DNA from: Fistulifera solaris
Taxonomy: Eukaryota
Direction: 5' to 3'
NCBI GenBank assembly: GCA_030295235.1
Contig: AP026142.1
Location: forward strand, 372,001 to 436,000
DNA: 64,000 nt
Numbering within the stretch: position 1 is the first letter of the stretch; every line of letters begins with the position of its first letter. Below, one piece after another: positions 37,994-50,742 of this stretch. The notes beneath the pieces were generated by a model, which had not been told where the DNA came from, searched no databases, and worked only from the letters and a program-made list of their open reading frames with translations. A program made the position numbers and the translations under genes.

Positions 37994-38683
37994 TTAGTAA
38001 GCACAGCCTGTGTGTTCCACTGGTAGTAACTGGCTTACATCCAGGCCAAGATCACTAAAGCGAAGTCGAATAGCGTCGATGACCTCCTGCGAAGGCTGAG
38101 CAGTGCGAGCAATGATCCACATTCCATCTCTAGAGTAGCATGAGCCATTCTCGCCTTCCCGATTGGGTCCACCAGCTGTAACGATAGCCCACTCATAAGG
38201 GGTCCCGATAGGGCTTGCCACATTGTTGACAACACCAGAATAAGTCCCAGCATCGATAATCCAGAGATTCGATGGTGCAATGATTCCCAGTGGTATGAAT
38301 CGTCGTCCCACATAGGCTCGAGCGGGATGCCTGTCCGGGAAAGGAACGATAGCACGAAAGTCGGCAGTCCGTTCCGATCCACTGACGCTATCCCTCAAGG
38401 AACGATGAAAGACGGAGAGTTTGGGTCGTTCGAAGCATAAAGGACAAAAATAATCAGAGACTTCATACTCAGCGTAAACACAGTAAAACTGACTTGTGGG
38501 AAGGTACCAAGTGTCCTTTTGCTGGATGGAATACCAGCGGGCAGAAATGAATTCCCCAAAATCAAATTCGTTTAAAGAGTCAAAGTCATCGGGAGGACAG
38601 TTGCCGAGTAAAACGGACGTCGAGATGTCCTGAGCCGCCACCCAATTTAGAGTTAATAACGAAAGGGTGTTGAAAAGGTTCAT
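37994..38683 (-). CDS. Secreted lipocalin-like protein, paralog B
   Basis: Co-linear with 35460-36146 (CPPDDFDSLNEFDF...ARWY...PVEHTGC). Confidence 0.8.
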   Translation of the reverse strand: MNLFNTLSLLTLNWVAAQDISTSVLLGNCPPDDFDSLNEFDFGEFISARWYSIQQKDTWYLPTSQFYCVYAEYEVSDYFCPLCFERPKLSVFHRSLRDSVSGSERTADFRAIVPFPDRHPARAYVGRRFIPLGIIAPSNLWIIDAGTYSGVVNNVASPIGTPYEWAIVTAGGPNREGENGSCYSRDGMWIIARTAQPSQEVIDAIRLRFSDLGLDVSQLLPVEHTGCAY

Positions 38684-38868
38684 CTTTTGGTTGAAAGTGC
38701 GAACGTGACTTAAGTAGATTAGCAGAGTATAATGCCCAAAGTGTGGAAATCTATTTCGTCTCGGATTTCGTAATATGTTGAGGGGCCAAACAACTTTCGT
38801 TTTCTGTGGAAGTTCCGCGGGAATGCATTGATGATTATTCGTGTACCTGACAGTTTTCCATTGTCGAA

Positions 38869-38943
38869 AACACAAAGCTGCGCTTTTATAAGTCGTGATT
38901 ATGAACACAAAGCTGCGCTTTTGTAAGTCGTGATAATGAACAC
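38869..38943. repeat. 35-bp tandem duplication
   Basis: aacacaaagctgcgcttttRtaagtcgtgatWatg x2, starting at 38869 and 38904. Confidence 0.9.
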
Positions 38944-39208
38944 CACGATGTTATCCAAGAAAGTAGTATTTAAAACCGGCAAGATATGGGTCGCCTTAGA
39001 AAATTGATTCTTCTGTGATTGATCACCTATCACACCAACGAACTGCTTCATTACTGGCAGCGACCGTTATTGTGGCAGTAATATCAATACATTATGCTAG
39101 GTTGAAGTAATGATTAGGAAAGTCCCACTGATTTAGAAGCGTGCTGTAAATAAAAGTTTCGTTGTAAAATACGTTTCAGCATCCACCATTGCTGTTCTGT
39201 AGATTGCC

Positions 39209-39902
39209 TTACATCCGAAACACTCTTTTCTTGATGACTGTTTCCCCATCACCTACACGCTCCACCTGCACAACAGTGTTATTCTTATAGTGCTCCTTCA
39301 GCAACTGTTCCGCCATGGCCATTTCTTCTTGCTGCAGCTTTTCCAGTTGCAATCGATCTCGTTCCGCCACCGATTGATCGGCATCCCCAATCAGGACACG
39401 CAATTCCTCCAGTAACACTTGGTAGACGCGCTCTTCGGTAGATGATGTATCAGGTGTACGCCGAAACCAGCTGGGGTTATTCCCAGGTATTTCACGGCAC
39501 ACTTTTTGAGCCAGTTCTCGGACGACCACTTCACTGGACAACTGCTTCAACAAACGAATCTTTGTCTCGGCTTCTTCAGTGGCTTCGTACACTTTCGTTT
39601 CCATTTTCCGTCGTTCACTCCCCGATTTTAGTGCTTGTCCGGCTAATACGACCGTCATGAAGGAAATACCCACATTGATGGCGGATTGTCGAACACGGGC
39701 TCGACGGGCCTGTTGCTCTGCTTCGGAAGGCGGTGCCGTTTTCGCTCCCATGACTTTTTTTCATTTGTTGATGCAATTCTTGTTTCGAATTCAGTTGAAC
39801 ACGAGAAGAATTGTGATAACATCTTGTCGTCGTCGATCTTTTGGTCGTCATAACAGCACTTGTACGAATCATCCATCGGTGCAACGAATGACGACTCCTC
39901 AT
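39209..39902 (-). CDS. Hypothetical single-TM protein, probably mitochondrial (frameshift at T-run ~39757)
   Basis: R/T-rich N-terminus in ORF 39615-39902 continues into ORF 39209-39751. Confidence 0.55.
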
Positions 39903-40390
39903 GGTGTTCGATTACGTATGATGCGGGGAGGTCTGTAATACCTTTCAAAGCGTAAAAGAAAGTCGGTTTTTTATATTTTCTTTGGATCGAAATGCAAAAT
40001 TTGCTACGAGAAATCTATAACTTCGTTTATCATCGTCATTATTTAATGCGTTCGGGCCCTCACATTCTCACATCACGTGTCACAAAATAATAATAATGAA
40101 CTACTGCCACTCACGACTAATATCCAGTCGTGGTAGGGTTCCGTATAAAAATGAATGCCAAGCGAAAATAATAATATTACTCCGTAATATGCGATACAAC
40201 ATCTTAAGAATTTTCAATCTCCATGGCAAGAAACCGCTGTTTTGATTGCCAATATAAACAAGTATTACATAGTTTGTCTTCTCCCACGAAACGGTCCGAA
40301 ATGTCAAACGTCATCCGCTGAATGAGAAAACCGCAAGTGAACCGTTTCAAACAAACCTCTGCTCATGACTGACATTCGCAGTCGTAGTAA

Positions 40391-40558
40391 GTAGAAATGG
40401 CAGACACAGACTAATGTCTTATCAGTACCAATTACACTTTTTAAAGCGAACCCTAACGTACCGAGCCAGTGTTAGTAGAAATGGCAGACACAAACTCATG
40501 TCTTATCGGTACCAATGACACTTTTCAAAGATAACCCTAACGTACCGAGCCAGTGTTA
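40391..40558. repeat. 84-bp tandem duplication containing AACCCTAAC
   Basis: Copies at 40391-40474 and 40475-40558, about 7 mismatches. Confidence 0.9.
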
Positions 40559-40785
40559 TACGGAGTACTCCTTATACTGCTTGGGATCGCCATTGCGATG
40601 ATAATAACGCGGCAGGGATCATTATCGACGACAACAACAACAAATAATATCATTGTAGTCGCATCAGTACTCTGGCTTTACGTCTTTTCACTTTGGAAGC
40701 GCAAATATTTCGAAAACGTCCTGCTGTGCGCGGCAACCGAAATCGGGAAGCATTCGGCAATAAGGAAAGAAAAGAATTCACAAGG

Positions 40786-43700
40786 ATGAATCTTTTGCCG
40801 CAGGAGGAAGATGATGCCTCATTCAACACGCAAAGTGAGACCAATCATGTCGTAAATCATCCAGAGTTTCCCGAAAGTCCAGACGATGCTCGGTATTTGA
40901 CCACGGTCATGGAAGATGAAGATGAGGAGCCTCTCGACGACGACGACGAGGATGATGTTGTTTCGATGCCCCTGTTTCAATACACGCGTGTCATGGGATC
41001 CTTGCCGCGTGCGTCGCCCGTAAAAACCTTGGCGAAACGAAGATACTGTTCCGCGATGGGAAAAGTCATTCTTTCGTCAGAAACCATGTCAAATAATAAC
41101 AATAATGAAGAAACCTCAGATCCATCGGTTCCTTCACCCGATTTGTGGCATCAACATCCGATCCATGTCCTGGCCCACGGTTTCGAGCAGGGATCTCTGC
41201 TGGTAGTGGATGCGGTATCGGGGATCGCCATTGCGGATCCATTCTCGGTGAGAGAAGGACGGAATCCGCACGCGGTGATTGCCGTGAGTTGGGATGCATC
41301 CGGTACCTATTTGGCCGCATTGGACGATGGCGGGATGTGTGCTATCTTTGAAATCAAATATTCGATCCAAATGCGCGATGTGACGACTTCTACGCCAGCT
41401 ACCGGTGGAAATTTGTTGACCCATTTCATGTCGGCACTGACACGGCATCCCCCGACACGGGACGACGGGGAATCTCGTCAACGGATACCGGCTTTGACCG
41501 CCACTTCTATTCAAGTGCAGCGAATTCCTTATCCGAGTTCGTTCGGGAAACCCACTTGTGTGGCGATTGATCCAGCGTATCGGAAACGAAGAGAGAAGTC
41601 GGTCATGGTAGGCTTTGCGGATGGGCGGTTGGTTTTGACACGAAGAGGTTTTGTGTTTCAGCGCCGCACCGATGCGGTGATTTATCAAGCCGTCCAAGAC
41701 AAAGATTTTGCGGGCATTGAGGCAATCGCGTGGCGCGGACCACTCGTGGCGTGGGCGGATTCGAGTGGTGTGCGTCTTCTGGACGTGGATGTGTTGCAGC
41801 GGATTGCTCACGTCGATCGTCCTTCGGGGGCACGTTCCTCGTTGTATCCATCGGTGTCTCGTGTTCATCCGTCCTTGTGCTTTGGAAACCGAAAACGATT
41901 TACTAGTGGCTTGGGGCGATTGTTTACTGAGTTTAAATATTCGCAACACCGATGGGAGGTCGTCCGCATCCGTCGGTGATGGCTCTGTCGTGGCTCAACG
42001 CCGTCGTGTGGAATGCAAAATGGCTTGGGAGTTGGATTGCATTGCTTGTGGAGTGGTCCCTGTAGACTCCAGGCACGTAGCAGTGCTGGGTCTTGTACCG
42101 GCATCCGATGATGCGGAAGACGAGATAGAATCTGAAAATCGAAACGGAGTTGAACTCCAGGTGATCTCCCGAATGGACGGAGCTGTAGTTTTCGCGGATA
42201 TGATACCACTTGTCCGTGACGAGAAGCAATCCCACCGCCAGCTAGAATCCTCGATGGACTTTCAGCTTCTCTCTTCATTCGCTGTGCCAAGAATGGACAA
42301 CACTTCTGAAGTGCAGGAAATGGACAACTTCGGAGGCTCAGGGGCAAACGCTCTTGACACACTTCAAGGAGGCATGTTTGGTAATGGCAGTAATGCCGGG
42401 GCACGCTTCAGGGACGCGCACATATTATGGGGACTCGAACACATTGTGGTAGAGGACGAAAAGATATTATTCGAAAAGGATAATACTGAGAATAAAAACG
42501 GTACTGCTGATGACGAATCGAGTGTTGATAGTGATGAGTACGACTTTGCACTTGGCAATTGCTCTCTTGAATCATCCAGTAATATCAATCTATCCATTCC
42601 TCCCATTGTTGCTCTGGCGTCGTCTTATGATATTGTACTTGCAAGAACAAGAGATGCCGACGATGCTGTATCGTACGCCTTAGAGAAAGAAAAATACGCT
42701 TTGGCTCTTCATCGAGCGTTGCAGCATGTCCGACGGCTAAGACGATACAATATTGACGAATTGGTTAATCAGTATTTCCGAGCTTTGTTGCGGATCAATG
42801 ATACAGCAGATGTGAGCAGACTCGAGGATAGATCTTTGTCAATCCGTAGGTTGAAAATTGCGTCCCGCGTCATGCCTATCTTACTCGGTGGCAAAGTGGA
42901 TATGTGGGAACACTGGTTAAAAGAGTTAGAGCGCATACCTGGTGGATTGTTTATAGTGAGAAACGCCATACCTGTGAGAGGTATGAACTACAAGGGCAAC
43001 GAAGTCAGTTATTGCTTTTTGACAAACCTCACACCTCGTTACTTGCAGACCCTCAACTTGCACCAGAAGTATACAACCGCATGATATCAAACATGCTGCA
43101 ACAAGTGTATGCTATCAAGTCGTCTGTTGAAGCTAGGAAAGGTCCAAAGCGACTGGAAATCGAAGCGGAAAATCAATTTCTACTGTCACTTCTGTCGTGG
43201 GGGCCGAATAATGTTTTGAATGAGTTCGTCCGTCTTTCTGAAACACAGCCGCCCACGTTTTTCATCGGAGACATAGCTCAGGAACTGCTAAATAGCCAGA
43301 AGCGGCGACGGGAACAGACGGCTGCGAACTACCTAACCTTCATCTGTTCCGATTCAGTGGCTACGGATAATCTGTCTGGCCTGTTTAATGGCCCCTCTGA
43401 ATATTATGAACCGCTGTACGATCTAGATCATGTCGCCACAATAATTGGGGAGCGCGTATCATGGAAAAGCACAGGCCAGAATGATACTGAGACACCGTCA
43501 AACTCGACGTTTGCCTTGGATGCGATTGCGCTCTTGAGTATGATGAAAGGGAATTTTAAGAAGATGCTGGCTTATTACATGGCACTGGGTATATTTCATC
43601 ACATCACGACATTAGAGTCCCTTGAAGACGAGGCTCTAACATCAATCACACAAACGCAAGGCCGCAAGACTACTCCTGACGACCATCACGGACGATACTC

Positions 43701-44980
43701 ATTTGTTATTCTTCTTATCGAAAAACATCATCTCCATCAATATATTTTGGATGACAGTTTTCTTCCTTTTGAGCTAGAGAAATCCCCGATCGAGGCTCTT
43801 GTCATGCTTGTTGGCCTTGACTGCCTTGGGGATTTTCTATGCAAGCATTGCGCCACCCGCAAAAGAAAGAGAGTGCACTTGCCGGAAAGATAGAAGGAAA
43901 CGTGGGGCCCAATCAGGAGCAGCGTGTCGGCACGCTTCCGATCGATGCCGTGGCGAGGCAGCTTGAACGTAGACCCAAGCTTCTTCATTGGTATTTACAC
44001 ATGATTTCCAAGAAAAGACCCGAGCTCTACGTGAAATTTCCAACCACTTCGGTACCTCCGCCTGTTATCACTGACCTTCATAGGAAGCATCTTGGTTTAT
44101 ACATTCTGTACGCCGGCACAAACCGCGACTCGTCAAAAGTTTTCGACGGAATCGAGCTGTACAAGACTTTAGGGGCGGCGACACCCTTTTATCATTCCTT
44201 AAGGTGAGTAAGATCGTATGGCTAAGCGTTCATCCCATGTTCAAAGATCTCATCACGACGTTTAAGGCTGTTTTACCACTTGGCGGAATAAAACCGGTGG
44301 AGGTCGCGAAGCTGCTTGACGATGAACGCAAAAGCAACTCTGAGCAGCCTGGTGTGTTTGCACTTGAACTTGCTTACATTATGGAGAATTTTGGAAACGG
44401 CTCGTCGGAGGATGTTGCTATGGTGCTCGAGTTATACTTAAAAGGTGCCCGTTCTCTTGTTCTGGCTGTATCATATGCTCAGCGTGCTGGTAAACATTCT
44501 TTAGAACTGTGGCATATATTGATCGAGTACTGCCTATCACCAGACGTGGGTCCAGCGAAAGAAAACAGCAGCCTGTTCGGATCACTCTTAGAGGCAGCAG
44601 CTTTGTCAGGAGCCGACGTAGCTCTTCTCGTAAATCAGATTCCACATGGTATGGCTGTGGAAGGACTGCGTCCACGTTTGGTTGCCGCTGTTGCCGATTA
44701 CCGTCTCCAGTTGCAGATGCACGAAAGGGCAGGTAACATTTCCTCTTCAGATAGAGCTTTGTTATTAAGTGAATACAGCCATCGTTCGAGAAGGGGCATT
44801 AGATGCAATGCAACACCAGCGACTGTCATGGATAGGCCCTTTGATTTGAGGAAGAATCGCGCAAGCCAACGAGATGCCTTGATTGGTGACGATTCGCCGA
44901 GATTTGCATTACCTCTGCCTCGTCGACCTGAGGTCAGATCAGGCTATCAGAGCTTCCGCTATGCCTTGCCCTTAAGGTAG
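40786..44980 (+). CDS. VPS41: Vps41-like HOPS subunit (introns 42981-43048 and 44204-44266; frameshifts ~41885, ~43860, ~44190)
   Basis: Acidic N-terminus then PLFQYTRV, beta-propeller (IEAIAWRGPLVAWAD, LLVAWGD), DIVLARTRDADD, and C-terminal LWHILIEY...IPHGMAVEGLRPRL. Confidence 0.8.
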
Positions 44981-45056
44981 CGCCCCCCAAGCTGGCGATG
45001 AACTACAGACTGCAGTAACTTATCAAAAGAAATTGTTTGATGAAAGCAGCTTATGT

Positions 45057-48000
45057 TTAATCCGCTTCAATAGAAGAGTCATCTGAACCCGATTCACTGC
45101 TCTCTCCTATAGTGACAACATCATTGTCTGACCCTCCATCATCTGGGTCTGCCAAAAGCGTTCCCGTGATCACCGTTTTCCCGCCAATTTGCATTCTGCC
45201 ATCCGTGTACTTGGGTGGGGTGACAAGACGGCTAGACGATTCCCATACCAAATATTCATCTTTTTGTCATCGTCAACGCTTCCCATTGAGTAAAGAACAA
45301 AATCCAGGAGATAGGAATTTGCAAATAATCTGTCGACACGATCGAAGTGCCTCTCGGCGTATGGTTGTATTCCGGCGAGGGTCTCAGGAACATCATCCAT
45401 GGCAGCAAGGCTGTCAGCGCGGACAATTGTGACAATAGCTCTGAGGGTTGTAAGGGCAACAAGCGAGTTTCTGGCCAAAGTATTCCATTCCCGACAATAT
45501 CCGATAACCCGCTTTAAATGCTCAGAATTCCATTCTGCAACTATCCCCTTCAACAAATTTATACAACTGTTACCTTTTGACAGATCTTGTTCAATCACTG
45601 TTGTTAGTATTCGCAAGGCGTGATGGGGCTTGTCGCGGTCGAGTGAGATATAGAGGGCCTCTTTAAATTCGTTTTGACGCATATGATTAGCAAGCTTTTG
45701 ATCGAGAAGAATAGCTTCTTTTCCTCCGCCATTTTGGCCCGTATGACATCCTTTGTTGTATCGTCCCATATGACTAAGTTAGAATCTGCTCCACCTGACA
45801 CGAGCGTTTTCCCATTGGACAGTAAATCAAGAGCCCATACTTTATCATTATGGCGACTCAGAGTAGCTTCGCATTCATTTGTTCGTATCGTCCAAAGCTT
45901 TAATAGGCCGTCTGCCCCTGATGACACAAGTTGCAACCCACCACTCAGAAAGCGCACCCTCAACACACTGGCAACATGGCCTTGAAAAGTCCGAACACAA
46001 CTGAAATCACCCAGCGACCAAAGTTTGATGGTTTTATCTCCACTCGCAGTAGCGATCACCCTATCATAAGGAGAGAATTGACACTCCCAGACGCCTCTAC
46101 GATGCCCTTTCAGTGTAGCCACTAAGGACAAGTCCGTGCTGCGCCATATTTTGGCTGTTTTGTCTTGAGAGCCCGTGGCGATATAAGAATCGTTTGGTGC
46201 CACGGACACCGTATTGATATCTTTGTCGTGTGCGCGTGTACTAAGAAATGCGTGTAGAGTCGCTTCATCCTCATTGAAAGCCAATTCATTCAAGTCAGAC
46301 GAACCAGGAAGATTCCATCTCTTTAATGTCTTATCTGCACTCACTGACACAATGAAGGCACCTCCGCCATTGTCTGCCGCCTTTCCACGCACTTGATACC
46401 GACCAAGCTTCTGTGAAAATGCCACCGCACCAACGGCTTCCGTATGACCGGTAGCAATAGCGACCGACTTTTGCCGTTCGGTGTGCCAAATTCGCACCTG
46501 CTTGTCCTTTCCGCAAGTAGCCAAGTATTGACCACAAGGGCTCGCATCCACGCACAAGACAACGGCGGTATGCCGATCCAAAACATCACAAGAAAAAGTA
46601 TTCAGATCAAAAATTCGAGCCTGAGCACTGTTGGTAGCGACTATAATCCGAGTCGGTGCATCGCCCGAAGTGGACGGTATCACTTTTAGATCCAATATCT
46701 CATCGTTGTGGCCAACAATAGTTCGTTGCGTTTCGAGTGGATAATCTTCTTTGTGCATCGAAAGAAACAAGAGGTTGTGCTCTGCATCTGTAGCAAGCAG
46801 CTGCTGCATCGTGACGAATTGATGCGATGACTTGTCCGACAATACACCGTAGGCATCATACAATAAATTCGTGTAGCCGCCCCTTTTCTCACCAAACATA
46901 CTATTTTCATGTTGCTTCGACAGCAGTGCCAAGCGTGGGTCTGAACTGGACAGATCTGCTTTCCACAAGCGGATTCGTCCTTTCTCACCGGCCGTTGCTA
47001 GAAGAAGATCTTGTCCTTCGGGATTACTGTTTGGGATTATGACCATCCCTTCCACCTGCTCGTACACAGGGAGCGTATGCACACGTTCGTAAGCGAAGGA
47101 TGCTCCTGCGTCTGCTTGTTTCTTCTTTTTGACTTGACCTCCTGGACTCGCCACAAATTAATTACAGCATCACGACCCGTCGAGACAAAGAAACTCCCAC
47201 CCTGCACCCAATTCATACAATTCACAGCCGCCACATGATCTCTTAGCACGACAACATCATCCGCATTTCGCAAATTATGAATGGCGATACTCCCATCATC
47301 ACGAGCAATGGCAATTGATAACGTGGACACATCGTCCTTCCATTGAATGGCCGAAACGGACAAGGTACCACTTCCCCCACCTTCGTATCCGGCCGCCAAC
47401 GGCCGAAAACTGTGCGTCACAAACGGTGTCCCACCACGGACATCCCAAATACGGACACTCCCATCGACGGACGCAGTCGCCAGAAAAATATTGGATCGAT
47501 GAAATTCCATGGCCGTCACGGGTAGCGTGTGACCCGATTTGCCCCACGTCTTTTGTAATTGAATGAGGCGAGATGATCCATTGTTGTGGAGTGAATACTG
47601 TCGTAGAATGGAATTGTGGGAACAAGTGACAATCATTTTGTCGTTCCCCGCCAAGCCAAAGGCTGTAACGGCATCGGCATCCATGCCTTCGTCGTCATCA
47701 TCGTCGTCATTGAAATCATTCGCATTTTCTCCCCGCACCGAATCCAACCGGATCCCTCTTGTCGCATCCACCAATACCAGATCTCCATTCACGGGAAGTA
47801 ACAAGAAGGGCACCAGATTGTCATCCAGTGACAAACGACTCTTTCCGAGAGCGATTTTCCCTCCCGTATAAATAGGAGTATGCGCCGTGCGTACCGACCA
47901 TGACTTGGACAAGGTTGGAGCGGATTGCTGCTGAGTGTCGTGAGGCATACCAGACTCCTCTTTCCTAGCCTCATCGTCCGAAGAGGAGGTTGACATTTCT

Positions 48001-48083
48001 TCGCTAGTAAGGTCGTTCCTTTCTTCGGGTTCTTCGGACGAGGAAGATGATGAAGTTGATGATTCTGAATCCGAAGAAGCCAT
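45057..48083 (-). CDS. TBL3: Utp13/TBL3 WD40 SSU-processome protein (frameshifts ~47125, ~45720, ~45260)
   Basis: PIYTGG, IVGHNDEILD, AHDKDIN...ATGSQDKTAKIW, LKGHRRGVW and Utp13 domain REWNT...PYAERHFDR. Confidence 0.93.
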
Positions 48084-48489
48084 GTTGAAATGAAAAGTGC
48101 TACAAAAACAAACAAGTCAAAAGGAAGGGTTGTGTTTCTCTTTCTTATCGAATATTGATTATTGATGTAATGTATTCTTCGATAATACCAGGGGTACACA
48201 ATGTTGCAAGATGGTTTTCGTAGATTTTTCGTCGGAAAGCCGGTTGGTGGTAAATGAGTCATGGATCTATTGTTCGTGACTCAAAGAAGGATTCCAAATT
48301 CCGTCTTCCTGTGTCAGCGCTGATGATGGCGGCCGTCGCGGCAAAAGATGATGATTGAACCTGATTGCCTTGATTGATAACGCAATCTCCATTTTCCACC
48401 ACTTGGTATTTGCTATCCACCGCCTACTGAAACCGTCCCTATTGAGTATTCAACGACACTTTCACAACAAAAAGACAATTCATTTCAAC

Positions 48490-49062
48490 ATGCGTAGCCT
48501 GCTCTTCATCTCTGCCTTGATTTCAACGAATGCCTTTTCGTTACAAAGTGAATCATCGCTCGATCGAAGGGCGTTCGTTAGCACGGCGGCACTGCTGATC
48601 GCGACACCAGCGGTGGCGATTGATGATCTCGCCATGCCTACGGAAGAAGAGAATCGACTTTCTGAAGAGGTAGGTTGGATAGTGTAGAGTTGTTGTAAAC
48701 CCCGGTAACTCGACTCTTTTTCGCAGGAGACATTCCAGTTTGTATCCCTCTGGTTTCTGTCATCTGCCTTCCTGTTAGGACCCGGGGTATAGAAAAGTAC
48801 CGTTTAGCTGAGACCTTTTTCTGTGTATAAAAGCGTTCTCTATCCCAATTCGGTGACATTTAACTCACACTGTTTTGCATTTTACAAGGAAAAAATGAAA
48901 GAACGACTACGACTCAAAGCGGAATTGCAGAAAAAAGCCGCTCAACCCAAAACATTCAGCGAAAGCTTGAAAGGAGAAAAATCGAAGCAACAAGAATTGC
49001 AGGGTATGTCGAAAGAAGAACGTCGTAATCGTTTGTGTGAAGAGCTAGGGCGTGGATGCTAA
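48490..49062 (+). CDS. Small plastid/thylakoid-lumen protein with tripartite targeting (intron 48670-48888)
   Basis: Signal ending TNA-FSL, Tat motif DRRAF, AVA cleavage site. The splice joins SEE|EKMKERL in frame and the protein ends CEELGRGC. Confidence 0.8.
48699..48861 (+). ncRNA. Intronic box H/ACA snoRNA candidate
   Basis: Hairpin 1 (accccgg 48699 / ccggggt 48782; gcag/ctgc, gaca/tgtc, ccag/ctgg), H box ATAGAA 48789, hairpin 2 (accg/cggt; aga/tct), ACA 48856-58 plus 3 nt. Antisense to conserved LSU rRNA. Confidence 0.78.
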
Positions 49063-49202
49063 TCACAGGGCGTCAACCGCAGAGCTAAAGAGGAGCGAGT
49101 AATGATGATCATTGAAATCGTTGTAAACACTCTAAAGTGCCATCACGAAGCTAACTTAATAAACTACCGGACTTTTTTTCTTTTACTGCTGCTTATTCAC
49201 TT

Positions 49203-49673
49203 TTACATGATATCATCTTCATCGACACCTCCCGAAATGACGGCCGCCAGATCTTGACTTCGCATGAAACTGTACTTTCTTCCATCCGTCGTTTCTTCAT
49301 CTTTCGGTCCGATTCCCCAAGGATTCTTCGCTACGACAATATCTCCGATTTTCACGTCCGGCATGGGTGCCACCAATCCATTTTCTTCTTCTCGTCCTGG
49401 ACCCATGGCGATGACACGACACAAATGTAAGCGTGGCAAATCTTCATTGGGCAAAAATAGTCCCGAATCTAATTTCGGTCTCCCTTGAATGCGTTCGACG
49501 AGAAACATATCGTAATGACATTCCCATTGATCGACATTGTCGTTGACAATCAAGCGTCCGACACCGGCACCTCCTTTCATTTCCGTTTTGAAACGCGAGG
49601 ACGCTAACGCCCATGCTGTTTCGGTCACAGCAACTAGTAGTAGTGCTAGTGATAGACGTGAAGGTCGGGGCAT
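49203..49673 (-). CDS. Cpn10/GroES-like chaperonin, probably plastid-targeted
   Basis: DMFLVERI...SGLFLP...VIAMGPGR...DVKIGDIV...MRSQDLAAVI; signal peptide. Confidence 0.75.
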   Translation of the reverse strand: MPRPSRLSLALLLVAVTETAWALASSRFKTEMKGGAGVGRLIVNDNVDQWECHYDMFLVERIQGRPKLDSGLFLPNEDLPRLHLCRVIAMGPGREEENGLVAPMPDVKIGDIVVAKNPWGIGPKDEETTDGRKYSFMRSQDLAAVISGGVDEDDIM

Positions 49674-50035
49674 GGTGAATCAGTGTATTGTTGTATCGAA
49701 AAGAATCGTGTTTGTTATGTTCCGTTTCACGCAGCATCTCATCGGTGTGAAAATTAAAACGCGTTGAAAACATCACACCGCATGTTGTGACTTGTGACGT
49801 TGGTTGAGATTATTCCACGTGTAGGCACAAGGGAAGGAGGGGAGATGACGAGCAGACGAGCAAGGAACTTGAGCTAGCTATGGACTAAAGTGTATCGATA
49901 TCTTAATTGCACGACTGTAATTCAGTAACGAATCAAGTCAGCGCTAGGTAATAGATGTCAGTTTATCAATCTATCCAGAGTCCACTTAGTTGAATTATCT
50001 CTGCAGCAGAACTATAAATCCTTCAAGATCAGTAG

Positions 50036-50742
50036 CTATTCCGATGTCTCCATACTTGGAATGTCATTTCCGTGCTCCGCAACTGCGTGGACACGAAACA
50101 AATACTCCTGCCCATATCCGTCACTGGGCACGGGACGAAGATTCAATCCTTTGAGCTGCGAGCATGCCACCAACGTATCCATGTCAAAGGGGACAAAATC
50201 AAGGGGCACACAGACATGGGCGGTTAATTGTGTATTCAATGCGACTCGCTCGAAATACGCGGATGCTTGAATGGCACGAGCTTCTCGTTCCATGACATCC
50301 AAGTTGGCTTTCAACGCATCAAATTGCCGTTCCACGGCAATCAACATCTTCGTTGCATGGACAATTCCGATCGCTTGGCACTGATCTTTCTCTTAAGTTC
50401 CATCAGATACTCGCAACTATACTTTTCCATGATTTTGGTAATATCCACCGGAATGCCGTAAAATGCAAATTCTTCCCGGAGGGCAGCACGACTCACCGAT
50501 GGCGGTACGAGAAGCTTGTTTGTGCGCAAATAGTCCAGAACATACTGAAACAACATGCCGTTACGATCGATGAAGAGGGCCTCGGAGATTTTTTCTTCTT
50601 CGTGGTCCGCAATCCATTGCGCCAACCGGGTACCCTTACAGCGCTCGAGTGTCGTGCGTGAGACTTTATAAAGCGTACCACCGACATCCAACGAAAACAC
50701 CATCGAGCGCTTGGCTTTCTTTGTCGCCATGTTGGTAGTCAT
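50036..50742 (-). CDS. BTB/POZ (KCTD-type) domain protein (frameshift ~50375)
   Basis: LDVGGTLYKVSRTTL...FIDRNGMLFQYVLDYLR...EEFAFYGI. Confidence 0.88.

Noticed and set aside
38869..40558. Short direct repeats considered as CRISPR-like arrays
   Set aside because: Two adjacent copies without spacers, in a eukaryotic context with no cas genes.
48318..48365. TGATGA repeats followed by CTGA
   Set aside because: Spacing is too short for guide elements; probably promoter sequence.
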